Assembly (NCBI GenBank): GCA_030265395.1
Contig: JARFYF010000094.1
Span: 33,288,865-33,352,864, forward strand
Reading direction: 5' to 3'
DNA length: 64,000 nt
Origin: Rhina ancylostomus
Lineage: Eukaryota
How positions within the stretch are numbered: position 1 is the first letter of the stretch; each line of letters starts with the position of its first letter. Of the stretch, positions 53,610 through 64,000 are shown piece after piece. A model generated the notes under the pieces. The model ran no database searches. It was not told the DNA's origin and saw only the letters and a list, made by a program, of their open reading frames with translations. A program made the position numbers and the translations under genes.

Positions 53610-54000
53610 TGCATATACTGCAAGGTTCCCATGAGTGTGGGGTGTTATTGACTGCATCCAAACAACATCAAGGCCAATGAACCAGCAACCTTCATAATGC
53701 AAAGGGGTTTTCACTCCATTAATGTTCAGCAGGTGCATGTGAGATTGGCAACAGGGAATCATATAGATCTGTTCCCATTTTCTTTGCAGTTCATAATGAT
53801 GCCTTGAAACTGTGCCAGTCCTATATTCTACCCAGACCCAGCACAGATGTCAAAAGCTGGCTGCTTGGCAACAATAGCTGTCCCCTTCACAGCTGGCTAA
53901 AGATACCCTTCCAAAACCCACACTCTACCATCACTGAGTAGAGCACTGCAATGCTCAAACAATACTTCCACTGCCAAGATAGGCCTGTGAACTTCTTGTA
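53610..54000 (+). mobile_element. Fossil PIF/Harbinger transposase catalytic core
   Basis: ARFP*VWGVIDC (53620-53655), RGFHSINVQQV (from 53703, frameshifted) and WLLGNNSCPLHSWLKIPFQNP (from 53858) match the AGFPxVxGxIDC, KGFHSINVQ and WLLGDxGYPLxxWLMTP motifs. Confidence 0.82.
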
Positions 54001-54277
54001 GCATAGCCTGGACAGAATGGCACACTATCTTTAAGCTTGGCCCATGAGCACTATCCGTGGGATGTCCACTGCACATGAAAATCAAATTCATTTTAAGTTA
54101 CTACATTAGAAGGTACATTCTACCTTACATATTCCCTACCTAACCTCGATAATATGCTGTGTGTCAATGGCTTGATTCAATGACTTCTGGCATATGGATC
54201 AAGAAGCCTACCATTACAGGACTTTCGTACTAATAGCATTCTGCACTATTGTGAGATCTTAAACTGTAATCCGTATC

Positions 54278-54778
54278 ATAAGATGAAGGAGAAGAAGTAG
54301 GCCATTCGGCCCATCGAGTCTGCTCCATGAGCTAAACTAAAACTATTCTTATCTAGTCCCAATTTCCAACCTTATCCCTATACGCCTTGGTACCTTGACT
54401 AATTAGATACCTATCNNNNNNNNNNNNNNNNNNNNNNNNNNNNNNNNNNNNNNNNNNNNNNNNNNNNNNNNNNNNNNNNNNNNNNNNNNNNNNNNNNNNN
54501 NNNNNNNNNNNNNNNGCTTCCTTGTATGCCCTCCCTTTTGCTTTTATTTTAGCCTTCACCTCTCTCATTATCCACATTTGTGCCATTTTTCCGTTTGTAA
54601 TCTTTTTTCTTGGAATATGTCTACCCTGCAATTTCCTTATTTCTTGTTGAAATTCCATCCATTTCTGCTCTGCCGTGTCTCCAATGAGCTTACTTTTCCA
54701 ATTTGGGCCAGTTTTCTCTCTCATGCCACTGCAATTTCCTTTGTTCCACTGAAATATTGACACATCTAATATCAGCCT
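54278..54778 (-). mobile_element. CR1 LINE collapsed across a 100-N gap
   Basis: The left flank is the 3' end (DRYLISQGTKAY..., gtaggccattcggcccatcgagtctgctcc). The right flank encodes the post-endonuclease region IFQWNKGNCSGMRE...EQKWMEFQQEIRKLQ. Confidence 0.85.
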
Positions 54779-56356
54779 CTGTAGTCGATATATATAGGAC
54801 CTGAAATAAGAGTTGGAACATCTGGTAATCTAGCCAATACTTACCTGCCAAGCAATACCACTTTAACAGATAACGTGTTTTTTTAAAATGTATCTAAATA
54901 CCATTTGTGGCTAATTGCTGTGTGTGCATTGTCTGCCACATATCCCTTCTTTACAGTAGCGAGGGCATGTCTTAACTTTTGATCTTTTTTTGATACGGTT
55001 ATGATTAATGCTGTACAGCAAAAGAAATGTTTTCTTTGTAGCTCAGGGACTAGCAATGGTGGGTTGTCTGCATGGACAATGGGCAAATGGCATGGCTTAT
55101 AGAAAAGTCTCTAACAGGATATGTGACTAAATCCATCCAGCTTGCATGTCACTGCTGCAACTATCTGGGGACTGTCCTTGGGCATTAAAAAAAGTCCTGG
55201 CATTTTTCCATTATGCCCAGTTTGCACAATGTGCTTCATGACCTTGCTGTTCAATCATTTCTTAACAGTTTTCACGTTCTACTACTGGATTCACAATCAT
55301 CTTCCTATTTTTACCAGTATAGGGGCTTGTTAGCTGCCTGAGAAGTGCTAATGGATCATTACTGTAGGTGTGTTGTGATTGGCTGGTTCTTGTCCTGTCC
55401 TGCTAACTAAATCATATTTCACAAAATTATTCATTTTAAAATTGGCACATTTCAACTGTAGATCATAATATTCTTGAAAATCAAAGATTACTGAAGTGGA
55501 AAGACTGTTATATTCATATCTACTACTTTTGCTAATATCTACATAGAAAATATAACCTATGGGTTTATAGTTTCCACTTTTGTCAAGGTAAGATTTATGA
55601 CCTTTTTCATTGCTATTTATGACCCACTACCAAAAGGACAGAAAGGTGTGGATTTAAAATGTGCAATTTTGTTAAATGTGCATGGAATCAAAAATACAGT
55701 CAACAACATTGCATTTTTAATAATGAACATTCAGCAGTTTGTGAGTTAATTCTCTGGTGTAATTAACAAAAGTGGTGTGCTTTGTAAAATATCTTGCAAC
55801 AAGTTTGATAAATCTGCATCCTTCAGCTTTGTATAGATAGTAATGACATTTAAGGTACAGAGCACCTCAATCATGTTCCAGGTTATTATAAAACAGAGCA
55901 CATTACCACTATTCACAATACTGAAACGACCTGACAGAAAATCTGCTTGACTTAAAAAGGAACATAAAGCACAAACACTCAGCACATATATATGGCCAAG
56001 AAAGCAGTAGTTTCTAAAATGTCATATGCAAAAAAAATTCCTGTATTCACAATGTTTATACAGATGTAGCAAAAAGGCTGTACAAATGCAAATAGCAGGC
56101 TATGGTATAGCAAATAAATATCCTGAAGGAAATAACATTCCTAGGAAAAAAAGTGCCCTGATTACAGTATTATACATGACTGTCAGATATGGAGGACAAA
56201 AGCCGTGGCTGCTACCAACTGAAATCTTTCAATAACTAAAAGAAACAAATGGGATTTATTAAGGANNNNNNNNNNNNNNNNNNNNNNNNNNNNNNNNNNN
56301 NNNNNNNNNNNNNNNNNNNNNNNNNNNNNNNNNNNNNNNNNNNNNNNNNNNNNNNN

Positions 56357-56391
<35 letters not shown>

Positions 56392-56397
56392 GAGAGA
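56357..56397. repeat. (GA)n microsatellite beside a gap
   Basis: agagag run with one ac interruption. Confidence 0.95.
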
Positions 56398-56984
56398 TTC
56401 TGTTTAAGCAAATGTGACATATGGAATGATAATTATATTGATGCAAGAGATGTTTTCATAGAGATATATTTGCTTTGGTTTGCTAATGTTAAAAAATTGT
56501 CATTTTCTTTTAACTATTAGTGGACATTTTTCCACTAATATTGGCAAATGGAACAAATCACCCATAAATATCCTATTTGCTCTCTCCAACAAGTTGAGAA
56601 GAACAGGTTAGTATACATAACTTGTAGCGGGGAGGGGCAGAGAAGTTTTAAGAGGATATTTCATAGGGAAGTTTAAAATCTTGAAAGATTAAAATAAGGA
56701 GTAAAATGTGACAGATTTAAAATAAGTAATAAAAGCAGAAGAACAAATCATACGTTCAGTAATTATGATTTGGAATGTATGACCTGATGTTCTTCGCTTT
56801 GGTAAAGTCACCAACTACTAAGTCTCTAACCACCTGTCTTGGTTGATTATCAACGTTTTGAGACCCTTAGCAATTGAAGACACCACCTAAGTGAAATGAA
56901 AATATCCTTTGTTGGTTCTAGGGGGCTTCTGAAAAGGGAACTAGATAAAGAAGAAAACTTCAAGGCTGGGGGAAGGAGCAAAGG

Positions 56985-57392
56985 AGTCATAGCATTATAC
57001 AGCACATAAACAGGTCCTTCAGCCCAACTCATCCATGCTATTCAAGATGTCTAGCTGTGCTAGTTGCATTTGTCTATGTTCAGCTAATATCCCTCTATTC
57101 TATCCATATACCTGTCCAAATGTCTGTTAAATATTGTAATTGTACTCACCTCTCCAGCTTCCTCTGGCAGCTTGTTCCATACAACCAACACCTCTGTGTG
57201 GAAAAAGTTTCCCCTCAGATCCCTTTTAAATCTTGCCCACTACCTTAAATCTATGCCCTCTAGTTTTAGACATTCCTATCCTTAGAAAAAGACTGTGACC
57301 ATTCTATTCTATCCACAACCCTCATGATTTTATATACCTCTTATAAGGTCACCCCTCAACATCCTACACTCAGGGCAAAAAGTCCCAGCTCG
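56985..57392 (-). mobile_element. CR1/HER1-type LINE 3' end
   Basis: Overlaps in sequence with the element at 2162-2300 (ccctagttttaga...aagactg...ctcatgatt...taaggtcaccc) and ends in the tail catagcattatacagcacataaacaggtccttcagccc. Confidence 0.85.
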
Positions 57393-59460
57393 AACCAAAC
57401 TCCCAAGGTGGGAATAGTTGAAAACTCCTTCAATAAAAAAACAGCATTGATACAATGACTCAAATACATCCACACCATTCTATGACTCTAGGATAAGGCA
57501 TAGAACATTATCAACAAAGCAATACTGATTGGAACATTCTGCTGATCCCTTTGGGTCAACCTAGAATATTTTTTGCATCTCTTTTAAGGTTTCAGAGGCT
57601 TATCTAATGTATAACATCAAAGGCATGTCAACTAGAAGGATGCAATCAGAAAATCATTTTGCATAGCTCAGTTATTTTAGGATATTCAAAAAATTGACTA
57701 CTAGTGGAAAAGGGTACGTGCTGAGATAAATGTCAAATTAATTCTGTTGTTCCTAATTGGGTGACTTCTAATAAATGTACACAACCAGTCCATGTTTTCT
57801 TCCTTAACATCAGTACCAATACATTGTTTTTGCCCAGCAGTCTTCTGCTGAGCAAAGACCATCTGAAACCCTAACCTCATCTAAGTGGACCAAAAATACA
57901 GGACATCCCTTGTCAACACTCCACCTGCTACAAAATCCAAAATTTGAGAAACAGTCACAACCCACTTCACCTCAAATGGTGATTACAGATCATTGTGAAT
58001 GAGAGAATCAGAGCTTGCAATGTCTATTCTTCTACGTGAAGATGTTTCCAGCAGTTCCGTGTTATCATTCAGATTCACAATAGACAGTGGGTGCCACCAT
58101 TTAAAATAAAGGCTCACAATCATTACAGTAAAGGGAGTTCTAACGTGCATCAGAGCTAGTCAAAAATACAGGTAGAAGCCTTAGACATCCCTCAAAGTTG
58201 CCAATTTACCATGCAACCATATGGTAACACCATTCCTTCAACCAGAGATGCAAATGGCAGTAGGGCACATCAAAACAAACATGACAAAATGCCCAACATA
58301 CAGCATTGAATATATTAAATATAAAACAAAAGTATTATTTATGTTTTGGTGTTACTTGTTCTCTAATAGTGTGGAAAGTAAAGTTAATTGTTCAAAGCAG
58401 ACCTATTGTTGCATACCTAGTTCAACACAGCAAATGACAAGAACAGTGTAACTATGTCTTGATTGGATTGAATGGACCTGCTGTTGTGTATCATAATCTG
58501 TTCTGTGCTCTCATGGTTCATAGTTATTCATCCTACTGTCCTCATGGAGTTGTTGTAAATGACAATGTTATCTACAATGATGTCCATCACTACCAATTTA
58601 TCCCTTATTATTGTATATTGTAAGATGTGTCATTTTCTTTCACTCCATTGCAGAAGGATCATCACTTTGTTCAGGATGTTCTGGTAAATGTTTTAGTGTT
58701 TTCAATTATTTATACTTGTTGCATTTTATAAATATTTTTAATGATTTATACCATTTCTTATATGTTTCTAAACATCAAGGACAAAAAGTTTTCAATAAAG
58801 CTCCATAGGTTTTGATAGGAGGCAAGGCTCCTGTCGAAGTCTGGGAGTTCCAAGAGCAGGGCCTTGATGACTTGCCATATTAGGGCAGAGTGCAGGTGGT
58901 CAGTGAGGTTGGCTCTCCCTTCCTGGCTCAGGCTTGTGTGGATGGGCAGGAACCATATGCAGTGAATCCAAATGGCAGGGCAGGTTTAGCATGATCTCGC
59001 TCAAAGGTGGAAAATTGAGGGATAAATCTTTACTTTGATTCATATCGGGAGAACTGATTTTTGAGAGACTTGCATGGTATTAATGTCTGCAAAATCTGAT
59101 AACAGAAGTTCCAGTGCACACAGATTTTTGAGTAATCTGCCAGTTATTTGTTTTCAAATTTTTGCAGATTCATCACGTTATTTACTATACAGCCATAATT
59201 GCATGCCAGCATTGCAGAAATAATGAAGCAATTTCACTTGTGCAACACAGCTTTCATTTGGCATGATATCCTAACTTAATTTTACTGATGTGTTTTTGCC
59301 TTAAATACCGCAGGAGACGTTAATAATAGTCTGTGGGTTATCACTATAATGAAATTAGGCCTATGAGAAGGTTAAGTGGTGTAACCACATACCCAAAACT
59401 AAACCTAATGCATTTTATTTCTATGCATGTTACATACACTTTAGGACATTACTGGAGTGA

Positions 59461-60288
59461 TATTTTCATATCACTTGCCCTTTGCTTAGATTCTTCTAAA
59501 ACCACCTATCCTCAGCTAATTATATTGGAATAGGCTTCTCTGGAATACAGCATAGAAACTGATTTACATCTTCCTTTTTTTGTTCAGAGGGCAAGTTAAA
59601 TTACACATATATACCCTTTGTGCATGAATGTCCTCCGAGTAACCGCAACATACTTCATTACAGGACCTTGAAATTAGTAACTGAAATTTTCACTTCTCTT
59701 ACAATCTTTAGCCTTTCAAAAACCAAGCCTGGTGGACCAAATCACACATTCTAAATTCAACTCTGCCTAAGAGAAATAAATTTTCTCACACTTCATCTGA
59801 ACAGCCACAGATATTCCAGGCAAAAAGTTCACCGAACTTTCTAGTGCTTTCCTATTGGCTCCTCGACTCTGAAATGCAACACCCACTGCTCACACCTGTA
59901 TGGGACTCGGATTGATAATTTCCCATTCCTGCAAAACAAATGTGTCGCCTTGCTCACTGCTCACAGATCAATTGATGTCCAACTGCGAGCCTACACTATT
60001 ATAGCAATTATAGAATCCAGAACTAACTAGTAAAGCCAAAATGAATTTAGGGGATTATATTATCAACTGCTCATTCCCCTAAGATGATGTTAGTACAAAG
60101 TAATGAAGGAGTAATGTAATTATGACATCCTATTTTCATGTTAGTTATCACTTGCCCTTTGCTTAGGTTCTTCTAAAGCTACCTATCCTCAAATAATTAT
60201 ATTGGAATGGGCTGAAACTGGTTTATATTTTCCTTTGTATGTACAGAGGGTAAATTAAATGATGCATATATACCCTTTGTACAGGAAC
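59461..60288 (+). repeat. Diverged direct duplication of about 160 bp (59461-59628 and 60131-60288)
   Basis: Both copies share tatcacttgccctttgcttag-ttcttctaaa-c-acctatcctca--taattatattggaat...cagaggg-aa-ttaaat...catatataccctttgt. Confidence 0.9.
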
Positions 60289-61899
60289 ATAATAGTATGT
60301 ACATGAGTCAAGGCTTGGTGGGGATGGAGTGGTAAAGCAAACCACACCTGAGAAACAACTGAGAGAAAGTTTCATATCTGGCTTAAGCCAGGCTCCCTGG
60401 TTTAACCAGCTGACAAACTAATCGAAAGACTTGAATGTTTCTGAACATTTCCCACATTTGAAAGCAATTAGAAAACACATAATTTAAAGTATAATAAATT
60501 TAAAAAGATAAAAAAATAAACCACTTATAAACACATGAGAATAATTACCTAAACTCAGTTAATTAAAAGAATTTTAAATTATCTATAATTAACTTTTGCT
60601 TTGTACACCCATTTGTCTCCATTAATGCTGTTCCTTCACTTGGTCTAACCATGCAGTCTCTTCAGGCTTACACTACTGAACTGACTCAACACCGCACTCT
60701 GGCACTAAACACAGTGAAGAAGAGGCTGATGAAGAGTGGCCAGCGTGTCTGGGACCATCACATTCATGCACCTACCCTAAACACTGGTATTTAGGCTGGG
60801 AAATGTCTGCAGAAGCTGCTATTTCCCTCAAATAGAAGGCCAGTATGAAGAATGCAACAAGTTCACTTGCAATTTTTAGTACCCTCTGCAAAATAAAACA
60901 AGTTTTCATCCTGTTTAATGTACCCCTTGAAATGACAAGCTGACAACAAATATTTTTTACTGTTGTCCTTCAAGGTGCCTATAAACAAGCTCTGCCCTTT
61001 TTTTTCCCCAATGCTGGTGGTCAAAAATGTTTGATCAAATTAAAGACATTGGCTGAGAATACCTTGGAATGAAGTTTATACATTATATATACTACAGGAC
61101 TGAATTGCAGCATCTAAATGACCATCTAAAAGCATCGGTAAGTTTAAGGTATGCATTGCGCATAATGTGACTGTCGATCCTGTGCTTACAGACAGGGCTG
61201 ACATCAATCCACATATAATGACCAAATGATGCCTCCCTTGTGAAATGGTTTCACTTAAAAGCACATTGGCATATCATTGTGGCCACACACATGAAAGCAT
61301 GCCTGTACAGCAGGGATGAACCCGCTAACTGTGATACTTTAAGGTATTATGGATTAATTGTTGCAGACGTATTGAGTTCATTAAATTGCCAGGGGATAAA
61401 GAATGGAATGGTAAGTTTCACAGTGAGTTTGGATGAGAGCAAAGATAGAGATTCACTTTTCTTGCTGTTCTGTAGAGGCCCCGCGGGGCCTTCAGCGTGA
61501 CCAAGAGTAAACAGAACAGGAGAAATGGCTTCCTCTCAGAGGAGGCTGAAAGAGACAGAGGATGACCGATCCCAAAGAGCTGCATTCCAAGTGCATTCCC
61601 ATTTCTGATCATCTGAGACACAATAAATCCACAAATTAATATATTGCAAGGCAGAGTTGATATAAACCTGTCAGTCACTTTGTGCAGCCAGATTTCCAGT
61701 ACCCATCCATGGCTGGATCACTCTGCCTGAGAGGAGGAACATGGCTACTTAAAACATCTTAGCTCTGGTCCATTCTAGGTGTTGACGCCATTCCTAGTTT
61801 GCATCCCAATTTTATTTGGGATGTCAAATGGATGCTTTCTACTCAAGATAAGAAAAGATTATTTCATCGAATGGAGAGCAGCAGGTGTCAACTTTTTTA

Positions 61900-62215
61900 A
61901 AAAGAAAAATTTGTTCATGGGATAGAGGCCTACATTAGTCTCTCCTTGAACCAAATGCCTTACGTGGCCACTTCAGAGTCAATCATATTAGAGGATTTAG
62001 TGTCACAAGTAATGCAAACTGCCTAACAATGCCCAGATGTATTTTTGACAATTATCTGGTACATTCATTGTCACTCTTATGGATGCTATGTTTATATTCC
62101 ACATTTATTTAACTACTTGAATTCAAATTCACCAATTATTATGGTGAGAGTTGAATCTAAGTTTCTGGATTAGTAACCCATATCTCTGAATGCTAGTAAC
62201 CTAACTACTATGTTT
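61900..62215 (-). mobile_element. Decayed tRNA-derived SINE, reverse orientation
   Basis: Reverse head gaattcaaattcacc...atggtgagagttgaa...ctggattagtaacc, and a tail ttgttcatgggat resembling the element end at 63520. Confidence 0.55.
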
Positions 62216-63519
62216 CATTATCATTTTGGTTGCAATAGCCAGCACGCATGTGGAGCTCAAGACTTCACATGTAAACCTCAAACTTTTTATGAACTACAAA
62301 CTCTATCACTCTTTGAAATGTGCCCCAACTACCAAAAGTCCTCACAGTCTAAGCTATGCATATTTTATGCACAATGTTGAATAACTCTTGGAAGCAAACA
62401 TTATTACTATTCTGAACTCTTCATTTCAGTTAGTATTCCAAATTTCACTGAAAAATTCAATTATAATTACATCTAAGGGCTTACAGATCTTAGAGGTGAA
62501 TGCCAATGGGTCCTCAAGATGAGATTTTATTGCCTTGACTATTAAGATGGGGGCTTTGCAGTATTGTCCAGAAGGTCTCATGCTTTATCCTTGACTGGAT
62601 AAGTCCTGTCTGCTGCAGAACACAGGAAGAGGAGGGAAAGGAGAAAGGGGGCAGAGGGCAATAAGTAGAGGCCTTCTTCGGATGTTCTATCAGGCCACAG
62701 TATAGCAGGCTACTTCATTACCTCAGGGCATATGCAGAGAAGCAGTCCATGACCACAAGGCATAAGATCTTGCCACTATTTGATTTTGAAATCTGTTGCA
62801 AATGGTTAGCCCACCATAGCACATGCATTGCAATGACCATTGCTTCATGTGGAAGTCTGATCATCTTCCCTTGGCAACAGTGTTACTATGACCTACTCCT
62901 CCAATAGTAACACTTGAATTAGGGATTTAAGGAATAACAATCAGGAATAATGAATACCTGAATCAAAGGTTTAATCACAGCAGCTGTAAAAGTGTATGGG
63001 AAGCTAAATGTGTTGCCACAAGGGACTTTGTGAAGTATTCCACCACAAGGGAGGTTCAGGTCAAGGTGGTGGAAAAGGATCTCTTAGCTCCACAGACACT
63101 AAAGAATGGTCTATCTCGTTCAGCATAAACCACCAACTGCATTGTCATCCTCATGAATCACCCTGATCTTTCTCTGCAATCTAATATTACTACAATATCT
63201 ACAAAGGTTGCCCTTTGCTCTTTTGAACTAGGTATCATCAACTCATGAAAGTTTCCCATCAGAAAGACTGAACTACCCAGACAGTTTCCATTTGGGTATA
63301 ATGCATCTGCAAGGGACTCTAAGTCATCAAAACACTTGGAATTATGTCTGTTTCCTGGCTGCAGCTCCAATATTCATCATGTTGGAGCTGCCTGCACAAC
63401 AGTAAAGTCAGTATTGCCACATTGCAAACGATGAGGTAGGTTGTATCTCACCATCCTGAATAGGATGTAGGTTTGAGCGACAAAGGCTAACCTCTCAGTG
63501 ATGCACACTACCCATAAGG

Positions 63520-64000
63520 ATTATATTCGTTTCATTTTTTGGGATCTGGATATCACTGGCAAGGTGATAAATGGCTTCCAAAATGTAGTGGTGAGCTGTC
63601 TCCTTAAACCATGACAGTCCTTCTGGTGAAGGTACTCCTCTAGTGCTGTCAGAGAGGCAGTTCTGGATTTAGGTTTAGTGATGATGATGGAATGACAGCA
63701 CATTTCCAAATCAGGATGGTATACAAATTCCTATGTGCCTCCTACTCTTGTCTGATTTTATGTGGAAGAGACAAAGGATTTTGGAGGTGTTGTTGGAGTG
63801 GTCTGGGCTAGTAACTACAGTGGATTTTGTAAATGGTATAAACTGTGATAGAGAAAATTAATCTTTAGGATGGCGGATGGAATATCAATCTGCTCTGCCT
63901 AGATGGTGCAATGTTGCCTAAATTGTTGTCAGAGCTGCACTCATCCAGGCAAGTAGACAGTATTCCATGATTCTCCTGACTTGTACCATGTTGATGGTGG
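63520..64000 (-). mobile_element. LINE (CR1/L2 group) 3' end, reverse orientation
   Basis: ttcattttttgggatctggatatcactggcaagg...gtggtgagctg...ggtgaaggtactcc...gagctgcactcatccaggcaagt matches a common elasmobranch LINE tail as I recall it. Confidence 0.7.

Larger units (their letters stand above)
50766..64000 (-). other. FOXP1: FOXP1 intron upstream of the penultimate exon (runs off the window)
   Basis: Acceptor at 50766-50767. I did not recognise the expected short upstream exon (human [23 protein letters not shown]) by eye; it may lie beyond 64000 or inside a gap. Confidence 0.75.

Noticed and set aside
54845-55010. 166-nt pseudo-exon on the minus strand (cttttgctgtacag|CAT TAA...GGCAG|gtaagta)
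   Set aside because: The donor is perfect, but the second codon is a stop, the content is A-rich and intron-like, and nothing else supports it. It can be checked in the same RNA-seq test as 53207-53283.
1-64000. The many 60-130 aa ORFs in the supplied track as genes
   Set aside because: They are short, often start at non-ATG codons and show no recognisable domains apart from transposon fragments; this is what AT-rich eukaryotic non-coding DNA yields by chance. The real FOXP1 frames are not in the track.
1-64000. Prokaryotic-type systems (CRISPR array, operon, prophage) or an endogenous viral element
   Set aside because: There is no repeat-spacer periodicity, no gene-dense region and no viral protein motif; the sequence is a spliced vertebrate locus.

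Overview
Vertebrate nuclear DNA, AT-rich, from a draft assembly with many N gaps. The repeat content (HE1-like V-SINEs, DeuSINE remnants, CR1/HER1-type LINEs, Penelope) points to an elasmobranch (shark or ray). The only host coding sequence I can support is the last two coding exons of FOXP1 on the minus strand (50599-50765 and 44594-44738). They splice in frame to [104 protein letters not shown] long 3'UTR follows (about 44593 down to 41.7-40.9 kb) with seed matches for miR-9, miR-34, miR-181, miR-150, miR-1/206 and miR-183, a Pumilio element and several poly(A) signals. Positions 50766-64000 are FOXP1 intron; I did not find the next upstream exon in the window. Positions 1 to about 40900 are gene-free downstream DNA with decayed transposons and repeat-free blocks that look like conserved non-coding elements. 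Less obvious finds are fossil PIF/Harbinger transposases in both introns, a candidate 77-nt stop-containing cassette exon, a motif-dense candidate enhancer in the last intron, nested retroposons and two local duplications. I found no convincing novel biological system. Repeat boundaries are approximate and family assignments come from recalled consensus motifs, not database searches.
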